DNA from: an uncultured Actinomycetes bacterium
GTDB taxonomy: Bacteria; Actinomycetota; Thermoleophilia; Solirubrobacterales; 70-9
Reading direction: 5' to 3'
Assembly (NCBI GenBank): GCA_963782515.1
Contig: CAWAJY010000006.1
Location: 349,988 to 413,987 of the forward strand
DNA length: 64,000 bases
Shown here: one piece after another, positions 45,930 to 55,787 of the stretch
Position numbering within the stretch: position 1 is the first letter of the stretch
How the letters are laid out: each line of letters starts with the position of its first letter
Notes under the pieces: generated by a model
Seen by the model: the letters and a program-made list of their open reading frames with translations, nothing else
Databases searched by the model: none
What the model was told of the DNA's origin: nothing
Translations under genes and position numbers: made by a program

Positions 45930-47047
45930 AGTTCGGCGTCTTCTACGTGGTCGAGTCACCGGACGGGGACTTCAAGCGCGCCTACGACGAGATGCTCGAC
46001 CAGATCGAGTACGCCGAGTACCTCGGCTTCGACACCGTCTGGCTGGCCGAGCACCACGGCTCGAGCTACGGCTCGATGCCCTCGCCGCAGGTGATGGCGG
46101 CGGCGGTCGCCCAGCGCACCAAGTACATGCGCATCGGCATGGCGGTGTCGATCCTGCCGTTCGACAACCCGGTGCGGATCGCCGAGGACTTCGCGATGGT
46201 CGACGTGATCTCCGGCGGCCGGCTGGACTTCGGGGTCGGCCGCGGCTACCAGCCGCGCGAGTTCTCGATGCTGGGGATGGAGAAGGTGCAGGGCGAGAGC
46301 CGCGGGCTCTTCGAAGAGTCCCTCGACATCATCCTCGGGCTCTGGACCGAGGACCGGTTCACCTACCACGGCCGCCACTTCCAGATCGAGGACGCCGAGC
46401 TGCACCCGCGGCCGCTGCAGAGCCCGCACCCGCCCATCTACGTCGCCGCGATCAGTCCCGACACCTTCGACCTGGTCGCCGAAAAGGGCTTCAACCTGCT
46501 GGTCACCCCGACCCTGATGGACCTGCCGACGCTGAAGTCGTTCACGCTCGACGCGAAGAAGCGGCTGGTCGAACGAGGGCGCGATCCCCAATCGCTGAAC
46601 TTCCCGCTGAACTGGCAGATCCACGTGGCGCGGACCGCCGCCGAAGCGAAGGAGCGCACCCGCGACGCCTTCGGCTGGTACTTCGACAAGGTGATGTCGC
46701 TGGTCCCGCAGGGTGGCGATGTGCCTGCCACCTACGAGGCCTACGCCGAGATGGCGCGCGCCTACAAGGAGGCCGGCGGCTTCCCGATCGAGCGGCTGCA
46801 GGAGCTCGGCGTGCTGGTGCTCGGCACCCCGGAGGACGCGATCGAGCGGATCGAGGAGGTCTACCGGGACATCGGCCAGCACCACGTCAGCTGCTGGTTC
46901 CGGATCGGCGGCCTCGAGGACGCCAAGGTCCGGGACTCGATGAAGCTCTTCGCGGAGGAGGTCATGCCGCGGTTCCGGGAACGGCCGGTGCTGGTCCCGG
47001 ACGAGGTCGCCGCACAGAACGCAACGGCCGCGCTCAGCGGCCCCTGA
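45926..47047 (+). CDS. LLM-class flavin-dependent monooxygenase
   Basis: ATGA overlap with the previous gene. MKFGVFYV...GFDTVWLAEHH...GRLDFGVGRGY motifs. Confidence 0.8.
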   Translation: MKFGVFYVVESPDGDFKRAYDEMLDQIEYAEYLGFDTVWLAEHHGSSYGSMPSPQVMAAAVAQRTKYMRIGMAVSILPFDNPVRIAEDFAMVDVISGGRLDFGVGRGYQPREFSMLGMEKVQGESRGLFEESLDIILGLWTEDRFTYHGRHFQIEDAELHPRPLQSPHPPIYVAAISPDTFDLVAEKGFNLLVTPTLMDLPTLKSFTLDAKKRLVERGRDPQSLNFPLNWQIHVARTAAEAKERTRDAFGWYFDKVMSLVPQGGDVPATYEAYAEMARAYKEAGGFPIERLQELGVLVLGTPEDAIERIEEVYRDIGQHHVSCWFRIGGLEDAKVRDSMKLFAEEVMPRFRERPVLVPDEVAAQNATAALSGP

Positions 47048-47076
47048 GAAACGTCATCAGACGGAAGGAGAGGTCG

Positions 47077-47880
47077 ATGGGAAAGCTCGCTGTCGAGGAC
47101 AACAAGGAGATCTACTTCGAGGACTACGCCGGGGAGGGCCGGCCGGTCGTGCTGGTGCACGGCTGGGGGATGAGCTGCCGGGTCTGGGACTACAACCTGG
47201 CCGCCTTGCGGGCGGCGGGGCACCGGGTCGTCTCGCTCGACCACCGCGGCTGCGGTCACTCCGACAAGGACTTCGACGACGTCTCGATCGGCGCGATCGC
47301 GTCCGACGTGGTGGCGCTGGTCGACGACCGCGGGCTGGAGTCCCCGGTCATCGTCGGCTGGTCGCTGGGTGCGGCGGTCGCGGTGGAGGCGGCCGAGGCG
47401 CTCGGCGATCGCGCCGCCGGGTTGGCCCTGATCGGCACGCCCTCGCCGCGCTACCTGCAGGCGGCGGACTGGGAGATCGGCGGCACGCCGGAGGCGATGA
47501 AGGAAACGGCGGCGGCCCTGACCGGCAACCGCGCGGGCTTCCTCCACGACCTCACCGTCGGCGTCTTCAAAGACGACCCGGGCCCTGCCGTGATCGAGTG
47601 GATGTGGTCGATCTTCATGGAAACGAGCCCGAACGCCGACCTCACGCTGATCGCGTTGGGGGAGCTCGACCACCGCGAGATGATGCCGACGCTGGAGCTG
47701 CCGGCGCTGCTCTGCGTCGGCGCCGCCGACGTGGTCGTCGACCCCCGCACCTCGGCCAAGGCCGGGGAGCTCCTGCCGAACAGTCGCGTCGTCGACTTCG
47801 CCGAGAGCGGCCACGCCCCGTTCATCGAGGAGCAGGAGAAGTTCGAGGGCGAGCTGCTCGACTTCCTCCGCGGGATCTGA
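47077..47880 (+). CDS. alpha/beta hydrolase
   Basis: 267 aa. HGWG oxyanion motif, GWSLG nucleophile elbow and a C-terminal GH. Confidence 0.8.
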   Translation: MGKLAVEDNKEIYFEDYAGEGRPVVLVHGWGMSCRVWDYNLAALRAAGHRVVSLDHRGCGHSDKDFDDVSIGAIASDVVALVDDRGLESPVIVGWSLGAAVAVEAAEALGDRAAGLALIGTPSPRYLQAADWEIGGTPEAMKETAAALTGNRAGFLHDLTVGVFKDDPGPAVIEWMWSIFMETSPNADLTLIALGELDHREMMPTLELPALLCVGAADVVVDPRTSAKAGELLPNSRVVDFAESGHAPFIEEQEKFEGELLDFLRGI

Positions 47881-47890
47881 GGAGGCGACG

Positions 47891-48574
47891 ATGGTCAAAG
47901 TGCTGGCGCTGATCCCGCGGCGCCCCGACATCTCGAACGAGGAGTTCCACTCGCACTGGGAGTCCCCGCACGGTGAGATGGCCTGCGGCATCGACACCCT
48001 GCAGGCCTACGTCCAGTGCCACCGGCTGCGGCCCGGCCTCAGCGGCCTGCCCGAGGCCGAGTACGAGGGAATCGCCGAGGTCTGGTTCGTCGACGTGGCG
48101 ACGGCGGCGGCGATGGGCGAACACCCGGTCTACGCAGAGCAGGTCCAGCCCGACGAGCCGAACTTCATCGACACCGACCGGCTCGCCTTCGTCTTCGCCG
48201 ACGAGCACGTGGTGCGGAACGGAGCGGAGCTGGAGAAGGACACGCCGACGGTCAAGGCCCAGCTCCTCCTGCGCCGCGCCGCCGGCACCTCGCGGGAGGA
48301 CTTCGAGGCCGCCTGGGCGGCGACCGACGAGGGCTTCGTCGCCGCCTTCCCGAAGGCGATCCGCCTCGTCCGCACCGTGGCGAGGCCGGAGAGCTACGCC
48401 GAAGGCGAGCCCGCCGCCGACGGCTTCGCCGAGCTCTGGTGGCCCGACCGCGAGTCCTTCGAGGAGGACTGGGCCGCCGACGGCGAGCCCTTCCTGCGCT
48501 CACTGGAACCCTTCGCCGACCTCGACGCCTCGAGCGCCTTCCTCTCGGAGGAGCTCCGCCTGCTCTGGCCCTAG
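47891..48574 (+). CDS. tandem EthD-domain protein
   Basis: 227 aa. Two EthD-like halves (KVLALIPRRPDISNEEFHSHWESPHG and KAQLLLRRAAGTSREDFEAAW). Confidence 0.65.
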   Translation: MVKVLALIPRRPDISNEEFHSHWESPHGEMACGIDTLQAYVQCHRLRPGLSGLPEAEYEGIAEVWFVDVATAAAMGEHPVYAEQVQPDEPNFIDTDRLAFVFADEHVVRNGAELEKDTPTVKAQLLLRRAAGTSREDFEAAWAATDEGFVAAFPKAIRLVRTVARPESYAEGEPAADGFAELWWPDRESFEEDWAADGEPFLRSLEPFADLDASSAFLSEELRLLWP

Positions 48575-48586
48575 ATGAGGGTCGGA

Positions 48587-48640
48587 GACGCGTACCGGAG
48601 TTTGACCCTGTCATAGCAAGGTCAAACTCCGGTGCGCGTC
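48587..48640. terminator. 21-bp hairpin between convergent genes (bidirectional terminator candidate)
   Basis: gacgcgtaccggagtttgacc (48587-48607) pairs with ggtcaaactccggtgcgcgtc (48620-48640) with one T/G position. AT-rich 12-nt loop. Confidence 0.5.
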
Positions 48641-48668
48641 CGTGACCGTTCGGGCGCCGGCCCCGTCC

Positions 48669-49709
48669 CTAGGCCAAACCGCCCTCCAGCGCGTCGGCGG
48701 CCTGCTCGGCCAGGCTCGGGACGCCGGCCTCGAGGCGGGCGAAGAAGGGGTCGTCGGTGGTGCCGGCCTGGAAGCGGCGGTAGCTGCCCTCGAGCAGGAT
48801 GGCGAGCTTCCAGAGGGCCAGGGACTGGTACCAGGGGAGGCGGTCGACGTCGAGTCCGGAGGCGGTGGCGTAGCGGTCCACCAGTTGGGACCGGGTCGGA
48901 TAGCCGGCCTCGGTCGGCGCTCGCGAGAGGCCGAGGAGGCGTTCGGGGTCGTCGCCCTGCAGCCAGGTGGCGGTGAGGAAGCCGAGGTCGGCGAGCGGAT
49001 CGCCGATCGTCGCCATCTCCCAGTCGAGGATGGCGACGAGGCGGGCCGGCGAGGTCGGGGCGAAGGCCACGTTGTCGAGCTTGTAGTCACCGTGGACGAC
49101 GGTGGCCGGAGGCGAGGTCGGCAGGGAGCGGCGCAGCGCCTCGCCGGTCCGTTCGATCACCTCCACCTCGCGGGTCTTCTGCTGCTTCCACTGCTTCGAC
49201 CAGAGGTCGACCTGGCGCTCCAGGTAGCCGTTCGCGCGCCCGATCTGGGACAGCGCCTCCGAGCGCCGCCAGTCCACCCGGTGCAGCTCGAGCAGCGTGT
49301 CGACCAGCTCCTCGCCGATCCGCCCGCGGTCGGTCGGGTTGTCGAGCGGCGGGGGCGTCGCCGGGTCGGCGACGATGCCGTCGACCCGCTCCATCACGTA
49401 GAAGGGCGCCCCGATCACCCCCGGGTCGTCACAGGCGAGCACCACCTTCGGCACCCGCACGTCGAACTCCTCGAGCCCGGCGAGGATCCGGTACTCCCGC
49501 AGGACGTCGTGCGCCGAGGGCTGGATCGGCCCGCGCGGCGGCCGCCGGAGGACGAGCCGCCGGCCGCCGGCGTCGAGGAAGAAGGTGACGTTGGAGTGCC
49601 CGGCGGAGGCGCGTTCGAACGCCAGCTCGCCCAGGCCGAGGAGCCGCTCCAGCGCCTCGCGGACGATCAGCGGCTCCTCCGCGGCCTCGGTCTGGACGGG
49701 ACGAGACAC
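48669..49709 (-). CDS. APH-like phosphotransferase, paralog of 30802..31866
   Basis: 346 aa. GHSNVT, RRPPRGPIQPSAHDVLRE, HGDYKLDN and LDWEMATIGDPLADL motifs. Confidence 0.75.
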   Translation of the reverse strand: MSRPVQTEAAEEPLIVREALERLLGLGELAFERASAGHSNVTFFLDAGGRRLVLRRPPRGPIQPSAHDVLREYRILAGLEEFDVRVPKVVLACDDPGVIGAPFYVMERVDGIVADPATPPPLDNPTDRGRIGEELVDTLLELHRVDWRRSEALSQIGRANGYLERQVDLWSKQWKQQKTREVEVIERTGEALRRSLPTSPPATVVHGDYKLDNVAFAPTSPARLVAILDWEMATIGDPLADLGFLTATWLQGDDPERLLGLSRAPTEAGYPTRSQLVDRYATASGLDVDRLPWYQSLALWKLAILLEGSYRRFQAGTTDDPFFARLEAGVPSLAEQAADALEGGLA

Positions 49710-49716
49710 AGCGACG

Positions 49717-50481
49717 TCAGTAGTTCAGCCCGTTGACCGACCAACCGCCGTCGACCGGGAAGAGCAGTCCGGTCTGGAACGCCCCGTCGACCGGGTCGAA
49801 CAGGTAGGCCATCATCCCGGCGATCTCCGAAGCCTTGCCGAGCCGCTTGATCATGTGCGAGTTGGCGTTCTGCTCGCGCATCTCGTCGGTGATGTCCTTG
49901 AGGATCGGCGTGTCGATCGTCCCCGGCGCGATCGCGTTGACGAGGACGTTGTCCTTCGCGTATTCGAGCGCCGCCTGCTGGGTCAGCGCGATCACGCCGC
50001 CCTTGGCCGCCGAGTAGGAGGCCAGGTTGGTCAGCCCCTTGAGCGCCGCCAGCGAGGAGATGTTGACGATGCGGCCGCCGCCGTTGCCCTGGAAGACCGG
50101 GATCGCGGCCTGCATGCCGAGCCAGACCCCGCGCAGGTCGGTGTCGAGGACGTAGTCCCAGCCCTCGTCGGTGAGGCCGACGACCGAGTCCTCGGATTTG
50201 AGGTTGACGACACCGGCGACGTTGCCGAGCAGCTCGACCGGGCCGAAGGCCTCGGCGCACGCCTCGATCGTCCGCTGCCAGTCCTCGCGCTCGCGGGTGT
50301 CCATCTGGACCTGGAGCGCGTCGCCGCCGTCGGCGACGATCTGGTCGTAGGTCGTCGAATCGTCCTGGATATCGGCGCAGACGACCTTCGCGCCCTCCTT
50401 GGCCATCCGCACCGCGCACGCCTGTCCGATCCCCTGCGCGGCGCCGCTGATGATCGCCACTTTCCCGTCGAGTCGACCCAC
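49717..50481 (-). CDS. SDR family oxidoreductase
   Basis: AGGAGG RBS and GTG 50481. GKVAIISGAAQGIG and YSAAK motifs. Confidence 0.8.
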   Translation of the reverse strand: MGRLDGKVAIISGAAQGIGQACAVRMAKEGAKVVCADIQDDSTTYDQIVADGGDALQVQMDTREREDWQRTIEACAEAFGPVELLGNVAGVVNLKSEDSVVGLTDEGWDYVLDTDLRGVWLGMQAAIPVFQGNGGGRIVNISSLAALKGLTNLASYSAAKGGVIALTQQAALEYAKDNVLVNAIAPGTIDTPILKDITDEMREQNANSHMIKRLGKASEIAGMMAYLFDPVDGAFQTGLLFPVDGGWSVNGLNY

Positions 50482-50641
50482 GATTCCTCCTAGTCCATTG
50501 CCCTGTAGTGAGCGCGGGGTTTCCGCGCATCCCTTTTCTAGGCGAGCAACGGAGGCCGGGGGCGGACCTGGGGAAGCAGTCTTGTGGGTTCCCACAGGGG
50601 CCCCCCGCGCCGTTCGGCGGATAGCCGATAGCGTCGCGCCG

Positions 50642-51370
50642 ATGAGGAGATGGCTGGTCACCGGAGCCGGCAGCGGCATCGGCCGCGCCGTGGCGGAGCT
50701 CGCCGGCGCGGCGGGCGACGCCGTCGCGCTGGTCGGGCGGCGGGAGCTCGGCGAGGTCGCCGCGGCGGTCGAGAAGGCGGGCGGCGCGGCGGTCCCGATC
50801 CAGGCCGATCTGGCGGCCTCCGACGGCCCCGAAGCCGTCGCCGCGGCCGCGGCGGAGGGCCTCGACGGCCCGGTCGACGTCCTGGTCAACAGCGCCGCCC
50901 TGCACGTCGGCGGGCGCCTCGCGAGCCTCTCCGACGAGGACTACCGCGCGGTGCTGGAGATCGGACTGGTCGCTCCGTTCCGCTTGATCCGCACGGTCGC
51001 CGCCGAGATGGAGCGCGGCGGCGCGGTGGTCAACATCGGCGCCGTCGTCGGCCTGCGCGGCTTCCCCGGCGACTCGCCCTACGGCTCGGCCAAGGGAGGG
51101 CTCGCCGGCCTCACCAAGGTCCTCGGCGTCGAGCTGGCCCGCGACGGGATCACCGTCAACCTCGTCGTCCCCGGCTTCACCGACACCGAGATGACGGAGG
51201 GCGTCGACGACGTCGCCAAGGAGCGGATCGTCCGCGGCATCCCTCTGCGGCGCACCGCCGCGCCGGTCGAGATCGCCCGCGTCGTCCACTGGGTGGCCGA
51301 GACCCCTTACATGACCGGCGCCGTGATCCCGGTCGACGGCGGCCTGATGGCCGGGTTCGGAACGCACTGA
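50642..51370 (+). CDS. SDR family oxidoreductase (FabG-like)
   Basis: MRRWLVTGAGSGIGRAV and YGSAK motifs. Confidence 0.8.
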   Translation: MRRWLVTGAGSGIGRAVAELAGAAGDAVALVGRRELGEVAAAVEKAGGAAVPIQADLAASDGPEAVAAAAAEGLDGPVDVLVNSAALHVGGRLASLSDEDYRAVLEIGLVAPFRLIRTVAAEMERGGAVVNIGAVVGLRGFPGDSPYGSAKGGLAGLTKVLGVELARDGITVNLVVPGFTDTEMTEGVDDVAKERIVRGIPLRRTAAPVEIARVVHWVAETPYMTGAVIPVDGGLMAGFGTH

Positions 51371-51406
51371 CGATGGAGGCTTGTGGATGTCGACAGGAGG
51401 GCACGG

Positions 51407-52168
51407 ATGGTGAGTGAGGGCGCGGGCGCGATCGTCTTCGGCGGCGCGTCGGGACTGGGCGAGGCGACCGCGAGGCGACTGGCGGCCGACGGCGCCCGGG
51501 TCGTGATCGCCGACCTCGCGGGTGAGCGGGCGGGGGCGCTGGCCGCGGAGCTCGGCGGCGCGGGCGCCGCGGTCGACGTCCTCGACGAGGAGGGCGTGGC
51601 AGCCGCGGTCGAGGACGCCGCGAGCGCCCCGCGGGGCCTGCGGATCTGCGTCAACTGCGCCGGGATCGGGCCACCCGGGAAGCTGGTCGGCCGTGACGGG
51701 CCGAGCCCGCTGGCGAGCTTTCGCAAGATCATCGAGGTGAACCTGATCGGGACGATCAACACCCTGCGGCTGGCCGCGGCGGCGATGCTCGGCAACGATC
51801 CCGACGAGGAGGGCGAGCGCGGCGTCTGCGTCAACACCGCCTCGGTCGCCGCCTTCGACGGCCAGATCGGCCAGGTCGCCTACGCCGCCTCCAAGGCCGG
51901 AATCGCCGGCATGACGCTGCCGCTGGCGCGCGAGCTGGCCGGCCGCGGCGTGCGCGTCGCGACGATCGCCCCGGGCCTCTTCGACACCCCCCTCCTCGCC
52001 TCGCTCCCCGAGGACGTCAAGGCCTCCCTCGGCGCCGCGGTCCCCTTCCCACCGCGCCTCGGCCGACCGAGCGAGTACGCCGACCTAGTCGCCGCGATCG
52101 TCGCCAACCCGATGCTGAACGGCGAGACGATCCGCCTCGACGGGTCGATTCGCATGGCACCGCGCTGA
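51407..52168 (+). CDS. SDR, 3-hydroxyacyl-CoA dehydrogenase type II-like
   Basis: [40 protein letters not shown] and the C-terminal NGETIRLDG typical of HSD10-like enzymes. Confidence 0.75.
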   Translation: MVSEGAGAIVFGGASGLGEATARRLAADGARVVIADLAGERAGALAAELGGAGAAVDVLDEEGVAAAVEDAASAPRGLRICVNCAGIGPPGKLVGRDGPSPLASFRKIIEVNLIGTINTLRLAAAAMLGNDPDEEGERGVCVNTASVAAFDGQIGQVAYAASKAGIAGMTLPLARELAGRGVRVATIAPGLFDTPLLASLPEDVKASLGAAVPFPPRLGRPSEYADLVAAIVANPMLNGETIRLDGSIRMAPR

Positions 52169-52186
52169 GATGATCGATTCCACGGG

Positions 52187-52780
52187 GGGACGGGCGGGCG
52201 TGCTTCGGGGCGTCGCGTCCGTCCGAGTTGCGTCCTGGGCGTCTCATGGCGGTCCTGGCTGGCTGTGACCGCCATGAGACGCCCAGGACGTGAGGGGCTC
52301 GTGAAACATCCCGGCACACCTCGCCCCGATCTGTGACGAAGATTCCGGGAACGTCACACCCGCGTGAGCCTTCGGTCCGTCTCCGGGCCCTCGAGAGAGG
52401 GCCCGGAGACGCGCTGCATGCGTTGACCGTGCCATGGCACGGTCAACGCATGCAGCGCGGTCGTGACCGTTGGACGACACGCACCGAAGCGTGGAGTTCC
52501 CACGGTCTTCGTGACGAGGTCGGGGATCGGTGACGGATCCGTGACCCTCCCGTGACGAACCCGAGGCGCTCGCCCGGGCGATCCCGCCACTCCCCACATC
52601 CCCGGCCGTCTCGGCCACGGCCACAGCCAGCCAGGGCCGTGGCCGAGACGGCCGCGCTCGCCGCAAGCCCTTGCGTCCCTTGCCTCGGGCGCCAGCTTGA
52701 AACCGCCCCGAGCCCTTGGAATCAACCTTCTGACGGGCGTGCCCCCGGCCGCAGCGGCCGTCCGAGTTGCGTCCTGGGCG
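52187..52780 (-). repeat. mosaic hairpin repeat, locus F (type II reverse, plus a truncated second copy)
   Basis: M5 52187-52227. M4 52231-52290 (perfect 24-bp stem). Small hairpin 52334-52357. VH2 52379-52410 (perfect 14 bp). VH1 52411-52458 (48-nt perfect palindrome). M2 52604-52653. M1 52654-52716. Extra M5 plus a 10-nt M4 stub 52732-52780. Confidence 0.85.
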
Positions 52781-52838
52781 AGAGGGCGTGGGGTTTGAAC
52801 GGCCAGGAAGCCGCGTGACCCGCACCCGCCGATCCCTT

Positions 52839-54026
<1,188 letters not shown>

Positions 54027-54075
54027 CGATCCCTCCGTTCGTGTCATCGAAAGTCGCGTCCGGCCCGCGCCGGCG

Positions 54076-54522
54076 TCAAAGCTTGCGGTGGTCCCAGGTG
54101 ACCGTGCGCCGCGGGCGGAACCGCAGCCCGACGCGCTTGCGGGCGTTCCTCGCCAGCGCCGCCTCGGCCTCGGGCCCCGCGCCGGCGCCGTAGCGCGCCC
54201 CGAGCTCTCGCCCCAGCGCGAGGACCCGCTCGGGGTCCCGCTCGATCTCCGCCTCGGCCTCCACCATCACCCCGCGGAGCTCCTCGTAGCCCTCGCCCGC
54301 CTCCACCAGCACCGTCGCCCGCGGATCGCGCTCGAGGTTGCGGACCTTCTGCGAGGTGCCGTAGGTCCAGGACCAGAGCTCCCCGTCGCGGACCACGAAC
54401 CACAGCGGCATCGAGTGCGGCCAGCCGCGCGGCCCGAGGCTGGAGACGACCGCCACGCGCTCCTCGGCGAGGAACGCCAGGCGCTCCTCCTCGGACATCC
54501 GGATCCGGTCGCGCGTGCTCAT
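54076..54522 (-). CDS. PPOX-class (pyridoxamine 5'-phosphate oxidase family) probable F420/FMN-binding protein
   Basis: About 148 aa. Split-barrel pattern (RVAVVSSLGPRGWPHSMPLWFV). Start uncertain (GTG 54534 or ATG 54522). Confidence 0.65.
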   Translation of the reverse strand: MSTRDRIRMSEEERLAFLAEERVAVVSSLGPRGWPHSMPLWFVVRDGELWSWTYGTSQKVRNLERDPRATVLVEAGEGYEELRGVMVEAEAEIERDPERVLALGRELGARYGAGAGPEAEAALARNARKRVGLRFRPRRTVTWDHRKL

Positions 54523-54574
54523 CCGAGTCTGCACGGGGCCGCCGCGGCGGCCCCGCTCGCGACTCGCTCTCCGG

Positions 54575-55672
54575 TCAGGCCGTGGCGGCCTGCTTGGCAG
54601 TGATCTTGTGCAGCTCGGGAACGACCTTCTCGCCGATCAGCATGAGGCTGCCTTCGACCAGGTCGAACGGCATCCCGGCGTAGGAGACGGCCATCGCCGG
54701 GCGCAGTTCGCCGGTCTGTTCGACCCGCTTGCGCCAGCCCTCGATGATTTCTTCCGGCGTGCCCCACAGCTGCGACTGCACGAAACCCTCGGCGGCCGCC
54801 TCGAGGCCCGCTTCGGCGATCGCGTCGGCGCCCGCCTGGTAGGCGGTGTAGCCCTTCGTGTCGCCCCAGTGGGAGCCGTCGAAGTCGTAGTGTTTGATCA
54901 CCGTCAGGTAGTACTTCGAGAGGTACTTGCGGGCCACTTCTTCGGCCACCTTCGGGTCCTCGTGGCAGAAGGTGAAGTCGGAGAAGATCGGCGCCCCTGG
55001 GTCTTTGCCGGGATGCACTTCGTGGAAGCGGTTGCGCCAGGCTTCGACCCCTTCGTGGTGCTGGTCCCAGGGCAGCTGGACGAAGGACATCATCGTGCCG
55101 CCGATGTTGGCCGCGGCGATCCCCGAGTCCGGCGTCATCGCGACCGAGTTGAAGCCGCGCTCGCGCCAGTCGACCTTCTGCCAGGGATGGATCTCCACCC
55201 GGGACTGGGAGAAGTACGGCGTGTCGTATTCGATCACGCCCGACTCCAGCGCGTCGAGGATGATCTCCGAGGCGGTGTCGAAACGCTCACGCGCCTCCGA
55301 CATCGGCACCCCGAACGCCTCGTACTCCTTTTTCGCCAGGCCGCGGCCGAAGCCGAGCATGAAGCGGTCGCCGAGGAGGATCTCCGCCATCGCGATCTTC
55401 TCCGCCACCCGGGTGGGATTGGTCCACCAGGGGAGGATGATCGCGCCGGTGCCGATCGTGATGCGGCTGGTCTTCGCCCCCAGGTAACAGACCCACTGGA
55501 GGTTGTCCGGCATCATCGCGTAGCCGGGGTCGAAGTGGTGCTCGGGAGCCTGGACGAAGTCCATCCCCACGTCCTCGGCGAGGATCGCGACGTCCGTCTC
55601 TTTGCGGAACATCTCCGCGTCGGACATCCCCTCGTGCGTGTTCTGGAAAATGAACTGCAGGCCGACTTCCAT
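54575..55672 (-). CDS. LLM-class flavin/F420-dependent oxidoreductase
   Basis: Start taken at MEVGLQFIFQ. FVQAPEHHF and GFGRG motifs. Confidence 0.8.
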   Translation of the reverse strand: MEVGLQFIFQNTHEGMSDAEMFRKETDVAILAEDVGMDFVQAPEHHFDPGYAMMPDNLQWVCYLGAKTSRITIGTGAIILPWWTNPTRVAEKIAMAEILLGDRFMLGFGRGLAKKEYEAFGVPMSEARERFDTASEIILDALESGVIEYDTPYFSQSRVEIHPWQKVDWRERGFNSVAMTPDSGIAAANIGGTMMSFVQLPWDQHHEGVEAWRNRFHEVHPGKDPGAPIFSDFTFCHEDPKVAEEVARKYLSKYYLTVIKHYDFDGSHWGDTKGYTAYQAGADAIAEAGLEAAAEGFVQSQLWGTPEEIIEGWRKRVEQTGELRPAMAVSYAGMPFDLVEGSLMLIGEKVVPELHKITAKQAATA

Positions 55673-55787
55673 TGAAGCTCTCCGTCCTTTCGATCCAACC
55701 CTTCCCTTGGGTAGCAACGCTAGAGCGGGACCCCCGGGGCGTCGACCCGGCTCCGGAGCGGCTTTGTAGATCTCTACGAACGGCGCC

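Noticed and set aside
1657-52653. Whether the recurring hairpins could be a CRISPR array or integron attC sites.
   Set aside because: The copies are kilobases apart and separated by genes, not by regular 25-50-nt spacers. No cas or intI gene is present. The hairpins lack the attC R''/R' GTTRRRY boundary motifs.
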